Positions 8,579-16,810 of a DNA stretch of 64,000 nt are shown here, piece by piece. Below the pieces are notes generated by a model, which saw nothing but the letters and a program-made list of their open reading frames with translations, was not told the origin of the DNA and did not search any database. Every line of letters starts with the position of its first letter. Positions within the stretch are counted from its first letter, which is position 1. Both the position numbers and the translations under genes were made by a program. The DNA is from an uncultured Enterobacterales bacterium (GTDB lineage: Bacteria > Myxococcota_A > UBA796 > CAJQPC01), in contig CAZRYF010000016.1 of assembly GCA_964604165.1 (NCBI GenBank), positions 5,229-69,228 on the forward strand, in the 5' to 3' direction.

Positions 8579-9511
8579 GTGACGCCAGCTCCCTTCCTTG
8601 CACTGTATCTTGCTTGCCTTGGCGTCTGCCTCGCGGGGATTGAGGGGCTGAAGCAGGTCGTTCCCGTGGATGCGGAACCACCGCCCCAGAGAATCGCTGA
8701 GGTGGTCGCTGTGCCTCCCAAGCCTGAGGGGGCGCCCAAGCCGCCGGAAGCCATGGAGGGAGGTGAACCGGTCACCCGGGAGGGATGCTTGCAGCTCTCT
8801 TCTGACTACCGGGACGCCTGCTTCTCCGCTCTGGCCTGGCAGCTGGCGGAGCGGGATCCGGACGGTGCTCTCTCGGCATGTGGGGAAGTGACGGACCCGG
8901 AGGGGCGTTGGGAGTGCCATTCGGACGTGGCGGAAATGCACGCGCTGCAGGATGCCGTCATGTCCGAGGGAATCTGCCGGGCGATTCCAAGGAAAAGGTG
9001 GCATGACCAGTGTTGGTTTGGCATGGCCCTCGCCCATGCCAAGGTCCGCTTTGAGGCTGCCCGGGCCTATTGCGAGCAAGCTGGCATGTGGCGCGACTTT
9101 TGCCGGCACGATGTCAATGGAGAGATCGCCCAGGTGGATGCGGCCGCTGCGCTGGCCTGGTGTGACCTGGAGCAGGGGACCTCGCTGCAGCGCAAGACCT
9201 GCTACCACGGCCTTGGGAAGTACCTGGGTCGCAAAGACTCTCGGCTCGCTGCGCAGATCTGTGACGCCGTTCCGACCCATGAGCCGCTGTACCGCCAGAA
9301 TTGCCACCACGGGCTGGGGTGGGCCTTGGCTGAGTCTGAGGAGGCGGCGGCCCTTCGGTTCTGTGAGGCCCGTTCCTCCCAGGCGGACTCCTGCCGGATG
9401 GGAGTCAGCTCCCACGCAAAGCGACTGGACCCTGCCCGCGCCTGGGAGATCTGCGAGGGGGTGGAGGACCGAACACTTCGGGATCGGTGCGCCGCATTCG
9501 CCAGGCGGTAG
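8579..9511 (+). CDS. Exported Cys-pair repeat protein (8 x ~32-aa repeats)
   Basis: GTG start with a hydrophobic N-terminus 'MTPAPFLALYLACLGVCLAG'. It has 16 Cys arranged as 8 pairs (C-x9-13-C), with the first Cys of each pair every 30-34 residues. Confidence 0.6.
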   Translation: MTPAPFLALYLACLGVCLAGIEGLKQVVPVDAEPPPQRIAEVVAVPPKPEGAPKPPEAMEGGEPVTREGCLQLSSDYRDACFSALAWQLAERDPDGALSACGEVTDPEGRWECHSDVAEMHALQDAVMSEGICRAIPRKRWHDQCWFGMALAHAKVRFEAARAYCEQAGMWRDFCRHDVNGEIAQVDAAAALAWCDLEQGTSLQRKTCYHGLGKYLGRKDSRLAAQICDAVPTHEPLYRQNCHHGLGWALAESEEAAALRFCEARSSQADSCRMGVSSHAKRLDPARAWEICEGVEDRTLRDRCAAFARR

Positions 9512-9535
9512 AGACCGCGAGGGGTAAGAGGCCCG

Positions 9536-9976
9536 TCAAAGGGAGCTGCGGCTTCGGGCCACCAGGGTGATGTCCTCGATGCCGGCTTGGCGGGCAGTGA
9601 AGAGCACCTTGCGCACCACACGATAGGGAACCGAGGCATCGGCTCGCAGTTGCAGGCTCTCTCCCGGTCTTTGCTGGAGGGAACCGTAGATTTCGCGCAC
9701 CAGGTCCTCGTCGTTTTCGAGATACCAGCGAACGCCCGTGCGTCGGGAGCCGTCCAGATAGATTCCATCCAGGGTGATGTCGACTGCCCGGGCGGGGTCA
9801 GCTGTAGCGTCATGGGCGCTCGTGGGCAGGACAAAACCGCGGTCGGATGGGCGGACCGCTGGGTCTGACGAATAGGAGAGCAGCAAGAACACCAGGATCA
9901 CCGTGAGCACGTCCACCAGGGACACGAACCTCGGCGAGGCTCGCCTGCGGGGGCGGGCAGGGACCAAGCGTCTCAC
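9536..9976 (-). CDS. ExbD/TolR-family biopolymer transport protein
   Basis: 'PRFVSLVDVLTVILVFLLL' is a TM helix carrying the conserved Asp, followed by a periplasmic ExbD-like domain. The GTG start overlaps the upstream stop (GTGA). Confidence 0.8.
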   Translation of the reverse strand: MRRLVPARPRRRASPRFVSLVDVLTVILVFLLLSYSSDPAVRPSDRGFVLPTSAHDATADPARAVDITLDGIYLDGSRRTGVRWYLENDEDLVREIYGSLQQRPGESLQLRADASVPYRVVRKVLFTARQAGIEDITLVARSRSSL

Positions 9977-10425
9977 CGCTGGCCTCCCAACGCGACTTCA
10001 GGAAAGAGCGGGCCGGCTGCATCGGAGCGCACGGCATCCATCACGTACACCACGCGCTGGACTGTCACGTCATCCGTGGGGACAATTCGGATGCGAGCGC
10101 GGCCCGGAGCCAGCCGCTTGATGGAGCGCAGTGCATCCTGAAGGCCGAGCAGGTCGAGGCCGTTTTCGTCATCCGTGAGCTGTGTTTCGTGTTTCTCCCT
10201 CTCGTCGGGGCTCGCGCGGATGTCGGTCCTGGAGATGGATGCGATGACATGGATTGTGGTGGGCGCAAGCTGTACCACCAGCTCCTCCACCTCCCCTCCC
10301 ATGGACTGGACCTGTCCAGTGGTGGGAAGCTGGAGCTTCATCCGAAGGCCCACCAGCTTCTGGGAGGAGGTTGTAAGCAAGAGAAATGGCAGCAAGAGAA
10401 ACAGCAGCGAGGCCACCGCCAACAT
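9973..10425 (-). CDS. Divergent ExbD/TolR-like protein (no TM acidic residue)
   Basis: Single N-terminal TM helix 'MLAVASLLFLLLPFLLLTTS' without Asp/Glu, then an ExbD-like C-terminal region ('RIRIVPTDDVTVQRVVYVMDAV'). Sits between the ExbB-like and ExbD genes. Confidence 0.55.
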   Translation of the reverse strand: MLAVASLLFLLLPFLLLTTSSQKLVGLRMKLQLPTTGQVQSMGGEVEELVVQLAPTTIHVIASISRTDIRASPDEREKHETQLTDDENGLDLLGLQDALRSIKRLAPGRARIRIVPTDDVTVQRVVYVMDAVRSDAAGPLFPEVALGGQR

Positions 10426-10460
10426 GGAGGCCGCCGTGCCTTGAGTGGGATCCCGGGGAA

Positions 10461-11084
10461 TCAGCTTGCGTTGGGACCAGGCGATGACGCCCTCTTGAGG
10501 GAGAGTGTGATGCGGCTGGCGGCGACCTCAATGTCCTCGAGCAGCAAGCCGGCCCGCGCCTCCAGCCATGCATGGAGTCCCATGGCGGGGATTCCGACCA
10601 ACAGACCGTAGGCGGTGGTGGCCATGGCGGTGGAGATTCCCTCGGACAGCCGTGCAGCCCGCTCGGCAGAGGCTGCATCGCCCAAGCCGGTAAAGGCCAG
10701 GATCAACCCATAGACCGTGCCCAGCAGCCCCAGCATGGTGGCCAGGTTTGACACGGTGGCCAAGGCCCCGATGCGCCGTCGAATCTGCCCTTCTGCCCTG
10801 AGGCCCGTCGTGGACATTGCGTCCCAGGCAAGGTCGGGCTGGATCTCGGCGGCACCCGCCGAAAGAACATCTCCCAGGGGGGTGCCAGCAGCGGCCGTGG
10901 CTGCCTTTGAAAACTGACCGGAGTCGAGCATGGCACCGATGGCGTCGGAGTTCACACGCCACCGAAACCAAAGCAGCCAGGTCCGTTCCACAGTGATGGC
11001 CAGGGACAGGGCCAACAAGGTCGTGATCGCGTACATGAAGGCCGCACCGGGACCGGAGAAGGCATCAAGAAGGGTTGCGAGCAA
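10461..11084 (-). CDS. MotA/TolQ/ExbB-family proton channel protein
   Basis: 'ATVSNLATMLGLLGTVYGLILAF...EGISTAMATTAYGLLVGIPA' is the MotA_ExbB signature. TTG start with GGAGG 4 nt upstream. Confidence 0.85.
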   Translation of the reverse strand: MLATLLDAFSGPGAAFMYAITTLLALSLAITVERTWLLWFRWRVNSDAIGAMLDSGQFSKAATAAAGTPLGDVLSAGAAEIQPDLAWDAMSTTGLRAEGQIRRRIGALATVSNLATMLGLLGTVYGLILAFTGLGDAASAERAARLSEGISTAMATTAYGLLVGIPAMGLHAWLEARAGLLLEDIEVAASRITLSLKRASSPGPNAS

Positions 11085-11412
11085 GGGGCCTCCGCGCTGG
11101 AGCCATTCTCTACTTGCAAGCGCCCGGAGGCAAGGTGCTCGCGCTCAATCTCCTAGCTCTCTCAGAGGGAGAGCCCCCCCCGCTAAGCCCTCACCGCAAG
11201 AAGAAATTGGAGGAGACGCTTTCGGTTTGCGAGGTTCAGGTCCGGCGGGGGGGGGAAACTTTCTCTCTCAAGGGCGGCCGTGCCTCGACCAACACCTCTT
11301 CTGCCAAGCTACAACACGCGGGCGTTTACAGCAACAGGAAACTTGATGCAGGAGGTTCCAACGTCGGAAAACCAGGGCAACTTGACCTGATTTTGAAATT
11401 TTCGCGTCGGGA

Positions 11413-11790
11413 TCAGCAGGCGGCGGATTGGTCTTCGGAGTCGATCTGTTGAATGAGATCGGCCAGGTGGGTCAGCGAGAAGGGCTTTCGAAGTACTTCT
11501 CTTGCGTGACGGCCCGCGAGGGAATCCGAGACTTGCTCCGCGTCGTGTCCTGTGGAAACCAGGACCTTTGTCTCGGGGGATTTCCGCCGGAAGAAATCCA
11601 CGACATCCCGGCCGGTGATACCCGCCATGGTCCAGTCCACCAGGGCAATCTCGATGGTTCCGTCCCGGGCCGCCTCGATGGCTTCCCGCCCAGAGGATGC
11701 GCGCACGATGTCATGCCCCTGGCCCGCCAGGTACTCGGCGAGCACATCGAGGATTGTACGGTCGTCATCAACGACAAGAAGTCGGGCCAT
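11413..11790 (-). CDS. Stand-alone response regulator (receiver domain only)
   Basis: 'ARLLVVDDDRTILDVLAEYL...IALVDWTMAGITG...KVLVSTGH' contains the receiver DD/D/T/K motifs. I prefer the ATG at 11790 (AAGGA upstream) over the GTG at 11811. Confidence 0.8.
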   Translation of the reverse strand: MARLLVVDDDRTILDVLAEYLAGQGHDIVRASSGREAIEAARDGTIEIALVDWTMAGITGRDVVDFFRRKSPETKVLVSTGHDAEQVSDSLAGRHAREVLRKPFSLTHLADLIQQIDSEDQSAAC

Positions 11791-11829
11791 CGAACGTCCT
11801 TGCACGATCACGTTACCATTTCAGGCCGA

Positions 11830-12414
11830 TCACGGACAGGGAACGGTGGAATCCGCCGGGTCTGGAACCGCGGTGACGGACGTCGTTGTGGTCAGCAATC
11901 GACCCCCGGAATCCGTGGCCTCCATTTTCAACGTGACCGGAGCACACGCGAGGAGCTCGGGCGGTGTGTCCAGCTCCCCTTCCGCAAGTGCCTGGACGCC
12001 GAGAAATCCGTACATTCCTGGATAATGGCCGCAGCAGCTTCCTGGGTCATCCACCAGTGCCACCCGGTAGGTGTTGTCGGACACAAGGGTCTCGCTTTGG
12101 TCATGGGTGATGGTGAAATGAAGCGTCACGATGTTCCTTGTGCCACAGACTCGAGCACTTCCAAGCATGTGCCAGCCACCCTGGGGTCCATGCACCATGG
12201 TGAGGGGCGCATTGTTGTCTAGATCCTCCCATTCGAACTCCCCGGTGCCAATTGTCACCGAGGGTTCCTCGCATCGACAGGCCGGGGCAATGGTGCCGAG
12301 TTGGATGCCCGTGTCCGCTGGAGACGCTGTGTCGCAGGAGGCGACAGAGTCTTCTGTGTCGTCCGAAATCGGCGCAGATTCTCGGTCAAGACATGCGAGA
12401 AGGATCCAGATCAT
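11830..12414 (-). CDS. Hypothetical lipoprotein
   Basis: The internal ATG at 12414 gives 'MIWILLAC' (lipobox LLAC) followed by an acidic linker. This start avoids overlap with the upstream gene. High GC3. Confidence 0.5.
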   Translation of the reverse strand: MIWILLACLDRESAPISDDTEDSVASCDTASPADTGIQLGTIAPACRCEEPSVTIGTGEFEWEDLDNNAPLTMVHGPQGGWHMLGSARVCGTRNIVTLHFTITHDQSETLVSDNTYRVALVDDPGSCCGHYPGMYGFLGVQALAEGELDTPPELLACAPVTLKMEATDSGGRLLTTTTSVTAVPDPADSTVPCP

Positions 12415-12425
12415 GGCCACGCAGT

Positions 12426-13610
12426 CTACCCTCCGTCGCGCAGAGTTGTGTCCAGGTCGTTGTCCCAATTCTCGTTGTGGGTCCGGTCCCCCAGCTCCAA
12501 GACAGCTGCGCTTAGCAGGTGCGTGAGAGCGTGTGGGGTGGGGGCCAGGTCGCCGGGGTCGTCCAAGCGGACTCCTTGCCCGGCGGGTTGTTCCACCCAC
12601 AGCTCGCTGTAGGTGGAGTCAGGCAGCAGTCGGGTCCACGCGCCTTTCGAGTCAAACACCTGGGCAAGCCCGAACACGTGGGGCGAATCGTCAATGTGCT
12701 GGGCGTGATCGGTTTCGCCCCCGAGGATGATGACCCCCATATCGGGTTGCCTGGCCACTGCCCCCGGCGCCAGTCGGCTGGCGTCTCGCCAGGCAAACCA
12801 GTCCAGGGCTTCTTGTTCTTCCTGGCGGCCGGGGTTCGGGGAGAGAGCACGCACAAGAGAGGGGGAGTGCAGGCGCCCTTCCTCCAGCAAGAGTCCCTCA
12901 AAAACTGGCTCATCCTCTCCTGGAAGTCCGTCGTTGTCTCGATCCAAGAAGGGAGGAGACGCGTCCACCAGTTGGTCGTAGGCCATTTCGCAGACAAGAC
13001 CATCTCCATCCAGCGCCGAGAAGCCACACTCGCCTCGCTCGGGATCCCGCAGCTCGGTGAGTAGGAATTGAGGACCTGCAGGCGTCTCCCAGACCACGAG
13101 GCCTGCGACTTTCGGTACGTCCACGTCGGAATCGGCCAGGGTCGCCACCGCCAGGTTTCCACCGTTGCTTCGGCCGATGAGCACCACAGGGAGGGGGCCC
13201 TCTACGTTCAGCATTTCAAGGAGGGTGACTCCCTCAGTGTTCGGTGTGCTGCCCCCGGCAAATCGAAGAGCCGCGCCCACCGCCTGCCGAGAACCAGCGC
13301 CGTGGTAGTCCATTTCGCCGCCGGTCGTGGGAGAACCTTCCCCTCCAGGCAGCTCCACATGCACCTGAACCAGTCCCACATCCTGGCGAAGGAGGTGGTC
13401 TCCACTGGCGGGAAGTTGGTTGGGAGAGAACCCCCCGGGCAAGACCACGCCCACGACACGAGGCAGATCAACCGGGCTCTCGAAGAGGACTTCCAGTGCC
13501 ACATCCTCCACCAGAAGCAACTCGCGCACCGCCTCGGGCGCGGGGCGGCAGCCACCGATGACCGTGGCCAGTAGCATGGCCAGGGGTGGGGCGTGGGTCG
13601 TGGTAGTCAT
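12426..13610 (-). CDS. Lipoprotein, alpha/beta-hydrolase-like
   Basis: The ATG at 13610 (GGGAG upstream) gives 'MTTTTHAPPLAMLLATVIGGC'. 'VVLIGRSNGGNLA' fits the G-x-S-x-G nucleophile elbow. Confidence 0.5.
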   Translation of the reverse strand: MTTTTHAPPLAMLLATVIGGCRPAPEAVRELLLVEDVALEVLFESPVDLPRVVGVVLPGGFSPNQLPASGDHLLRQDVGLVQVHVELPGGEGSPTTGGEMDYHGAGSRQAVGAALRFAGGSTPNTEGVTLLEMLNVEGPLPVVLIGRSNGGNLAVATLADSDVDVPKVAGLVVWETPAGPQFLLTELRDPERGECGFSALDGDGLVCEMAYDQLVDASPPFLDRDNDGLPGEDEPVFEGLLLEEGRLHSPSLVRALSPNPGRQEEQEALDWFAWRDASRLAPGAVARQPDMGVIILGGETDHAQHIDDSPHVFGLAQVFDSKGAWTRLLPDSTYSELWVEQPAGQGVRLDDPGDLAPTPHALTHLLSAAVLELGDRTHNENWDNDLDTTLRDGG

Positions 13611-13665
13611 CAAGTGTGCGCTCCCACGCCGAGTCTTGCCAGACTTGGTGCCATTCGCAAGCCCC

Positions 13666-16056
13666 ATGACCAAGATTCTCTCCCCACTGCCAGTGGAATT
13701 GCTTCGACGAAGAGTCGACCCGAACGAGTTGGGATTCTCCTGCACATCGGAGCTTGCGACCGCAGACATCATCATCGGGCAGGAGCGGGCCCTCAAGGCG
13801 ATTCACCGGGCCATGGCCGTGGATGGCCCCGGATTCAACCTTTTTGCGGTGGGGCTGGCCCGCACGGGACGACAGGCCACGGTGCGGAAGATCTTCGATG
13901 AACTCAAGCCGCGGCGACGGCGGCGGCGGGACTTTGTCTTCGTCCAGAACCTGGAGAACACCGCTCGTCCCCGGGTGCTGGTGTTGCCGGTGGGGCGGGC
14001 CGACGAGCTGCGCCAGGACCTGCATGATCTGCGCCGCCGCCTGCCAACGGTCATCAAGAACCTGTTGGACCAGGAGGTGCTTCGTAAAGCGCGGGAGATG
14101 GCCTCTCTTCACCAGGAAATCGATACCCGCACAGCCTACGTGGAGCTGGGTGGATTGGCAGGGGAATACGGCCTTACCCTGGGAAGCATTGGGGAAGGAG
14201 GCGAGGCAAGACCAGCCTTGTTCTACGTCCACGAAGAACAGCCCCTCTCCCGGGCTGCCCTGCGGGTCGGCGTGGAGACCGGCGAGGTGCAACTGGATCG
14301 GCCTTCGGAAGAGGTCGCCAGTGCTTTCGACACCATGAGCAAGGTGCTCGCCATGCGCATGGCGGAGCTCTCCCAGGTGGCCCTGGAGCGACAGCGTGAG
14401 GTGTTGCGGTTGCAGCGGCGCGGAATCTTCGAGGGCCTGCGGCCTGTGTTTGAGCCCCTGCGGAAGCGGTTTACCCCGGCGCGTTCTTGGCTCACTACCT
14501 TGCAGCGGGCGGTCTCCCACTCTTTCCATGTCTTCTCCGAGGGACCGGAAGCGGGGGTGTCGGATGAGCAGGCGCTCCTGGAGGCGTTCTACCCCAACAT
14601 CATCCACCGGGGAGCACGCACCCAGAAGGCACCGGTCATTGTGGTGGCGGATCCCAGCTTTGCCAACGTGATGGGGGGCGTGGATATGGGGCTCGGTGAG
14701 GGCTCTCCCACCGCAGGCTTCTCCCGGCTGCGGGCAGGTGCACTGCTGGATGCAGATGGCGGCTACCTCATTCTCAATGCCCGGGCGCTGCTAGAGGAGC
14801 CCCTGACTTGGCGGGCCCTGAAGCGGGCCCTGGTGGGGTCCCAATGGGAGGTTCGAAACCCCGAGACGCTCACGGGCGGAGCGGTGGCCCCGATTCGCGC
14901 GGAGCCGGTGCCCCTGGACGTCAAGGTGGTGCTGCTGGGCGATCCGGGGGTGTACGAGATGTTGCGGTCCCGGGACCCGGAGTTTCAGAACCTGTTCAAG
15001 ATCAAGGCGGAGTTTTCCCCGCAGGTGGACTTCACGGAGGAGACCCTCGGGCAGTACGGTCAAATCATCGCCCGCATGGTGGCTGACTCCGGGCTGAAAC
15101 ACCTGGATCATGAAGCGGTGGCCCGGTTGGTGGAGGAGGCTATCCGACACGGGGGAAGGGGGGGGCAGATCTCAGCGCGGTTTGAGAGGATCAAGGACGT
15201 CGTGCGCGAGGCCGGGCAGGTGGCTGAGGGAGGGGTGGTGCACAGGCGTGATCTGGAGCGGGCCCTCTGGGAGCGGGAGGAGCGCGTGGAGCTCTCCCGC
15301 GTGCGAATGGACCGCGCCATTCGCGAGGGTCGGATCCGCATTCAAGTATCGGGAGAGGTCGTGGGCCAGGTCAACGCCCTTGCGGTCTACCACACGGGGG
15401 ATCTGGACTTTGGGCGGGCCTTTCGGGTCACAGCCCAGGTGGGCGCTGGCAGGGGTGGGGTGGCCTCCATCGAGCGCGAGGTGGGAATGTCCGGCCGAAC
15501 CCACGACAAGGGGATGCGGATTCTCACAGGGTTTCTTCGGGGTCACTTCGCTCGCACGCGCACTCTGGCCATGAAAGCATCCATTTGCTTTGAGCAGTCG
15601 TATGTGCGGATCGATGGTGACTCGGCCTCTGCCGCTGAGCTTCTCGCTTTGCTCTCTGCCATTTCCCGGGTACCCCTGCGCCAGTCCATGGCGATCACCG
15701 GTTCTGTGGATCAGTTCGGATTTGTGCAGGCCATTGGTGGCGTGAACGAAAAGATCGAGGGGTTCTTTCGGACTTGCCGGGAAGGGGGGCTCACCGGGGA
15801 TCAGGGAGTTTTGATCCCTGAAACCAACGTGTCGGATCTCATGCTCTCCCAGGAAGTGTGCGATGCGTGCGCCGCGGGCGACTTTCAAGTGTGGCCTGTT
15901 TCTCGGGTGGAGGAGGCGCTGGCGCTCTTGACCGGACGGCCGGTGGCATCGGCTGCAGACCCGGACTCCTGGGAAGAAGGAGGCGTTTTTGCATTGGTAG
16001 CGGCAGCGCTGGAAGAAATGGAGACCACCGTGCGCAAGGCCAGCCGCGGGAAGTAA
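13666..16056 (+). CDS. Lon-like protease with degenerate AAA module (LonC/LonB-like)
   Basis: The C-terminal S16 domain has an intact Ser-Lys dyad context ('RIDGDSASAAELLALLSA', 'IGGVNEKIEGFF'). The N-terminal P-loop position reads 'AVGLARTGRQATV' instead of GxxGxGK[ST]. ATG at 13666 ('MTKILSPLP'). Confidence 0.8.
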   Translation: MTKILSPLPVELLRRRVDPNELGFSCTSELATADIIIGQERALKAIHRAMAVDGPGFNLFAVGLARTGRQATVRKIFDELKPRRRRRRDFVFVQNLENTARPRVLVLPVGRADELRQDLHDLRRRLPTVIKNLLDQEVLRKAREMASLHQEIDTRTAYVELGGLAGEYGLTLGSIGEGGEARPALFYVHEEQPLSRAALRVGVETGEVQLDRPSEEVASAFDTMSKVLAMRMAELSQVALERQREVLRLQRRGIFEGLRPVFEPLRKRFTPARSWLTTLQRAVSHSFHVFSEGPEAGVSDEQALLEAFYPNIIHRGARTQKAPVIVVADPSFANVMGGVDMGLGEGSPTAGFSRLRAGALLDADGGYLILNARALLEEPLTWRALKRALVGSQWEVRNPETLTGGAVAPIRAEPVPLDVKVVLLGDPGVYEMLRSRDPEFQNLFKIKAEFSPQVDFTEETLGQYGQIIARMVADSGLKHLDHEAVARLVEEAIRHGGRGGQISARFERIKDVVREAGQVAEGGVVHRRDLERALWEREERVELSRVRMDRAIREGRIRIQVSGEVVGQVNALAVYHTGDLDFGRAFRVTAQVGAGRGGVASIEREVGMSGRTHDKGMRILTGFLRGHFARTRTLAMKASICFEQSYVRIDGDSASAAELLALLSAISRVPLRQSMAITGSVDQFGFVQAIGGVNEKIEGFFRTCREGGLTGDQGVLIPETNVSDLMLSQEVCDACAAGDFQVWPVSRVEEALALLTGRPVASAADPDSWEEGGVFALVAAALEEMETTVRKASRGK

Positions 16057-16064
16057 GAGCGCCG

Positions 16065-16784
16065 CTACTCGCAGGTCTCGTTGGGGTCCTCATAGGCGAG
16101 CAGGCTCAGACTGCTGACGACCACGGGATGGGTCGGGTCGTTGGAGGCCACTTGCAGGACCCCCTCGTAGGCTCCTCCTGCCTGGGGAGTGGCCAGGATC
16201 TCCAGCGTCGCAGTGCCACCCGGTTCCACCGATTCGGCGGAGGAATCGACGAGGGAAAAGCTCCCGCTCACAGTGACTGAGTCAATTTCCAGGGACTCCT
16301 CTCCCGGGTTCTCCAATGTGGCGACCTGGCGGAGATCGCAATGAATCGGCCGGAATCCAAAGTCCACAGACTCCGGGGACAGGCTTGCCACGGGAGCCAC
16401 CCCGGCTCCGGTAAACCTGACCAGTTGCTCCCCGTTGGGGACCAGCCAGGCTTCCCAGCTCGCGTTGGTTGTGGGGGCAAAGGTGACCTGGATGTCCAAG
16501 ACATCGCCATCCTCCAGATCCACGAGGGCGGGGGCATCCGTGGTGAACACCGCCTCGTCACCTACGACCCGATCCAGGCCGGCAATCACCAGGGTCTGTT
16601 CACCGGAGTTCCGTGCGCTGATGGTGCGGGAAGACGTTCCATCCTGGAGGACCGAGAGAGAGCCAAAATCGACTTCTGCGGGCAGCACCACCAGCCGGCC
16701 CTCCCTGGGCGGCGGGCCAGCGGAGTCGTCTTCGCCTGGGCCGAAGGGCTCACAGGCCGCAAGTAGGAGGAGCGTCCCCAGCAT
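16065..16784 (-). CDS. Lipoprotein with two Ig-like (ASH/PapD-like) domains
   Basis: 'MLGTLLLLAACEPFG' (lipobox LAAC). Two repeats carry the pattern 'VDFG...V/R...T..L.N.G...L.I..v' typical of Ig-like beta-sandwich domains in envelope proteins. Confidence 0.6.
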   Translation of the reverse strand: MLGTLLLLAACEPFGPGEDDSAGPPPREGRLVVLPAEVDFGSLSVLQDGTSSRTISARNSGEQTLVIAGLDRVVGDEAVFTTDAPALVDLEDGDVLDIQVTFAPTTNASWEAWLVPNGEQLVRFTGAGVAPVASLSPESVDFGFRPIHCDLRQVATLENPGEESLEIDSVTVSGSFSLVDSSAESVEPGGTATLEILATPQAGGAYEGVLQVASNDPTHPVVVSSLSLLAYEDPNETCE

Positions 16785-16810
16785 GGACCCACGGTACCTC
16801 GTGCAGTGGG

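Noticed and set aside
11075-11452. A 125-aa plus-strand ORF that exactly fills the ExbB/response-regulator spacer.
   Set aside because: It has markedly lower GC3 than neighbouring genes, a TTG start inside the ExbB-like gene, no SD, a non-protein-like sequence, and reads through homopolymer tracts. I treat the region as non-coding (see the spacer finding).
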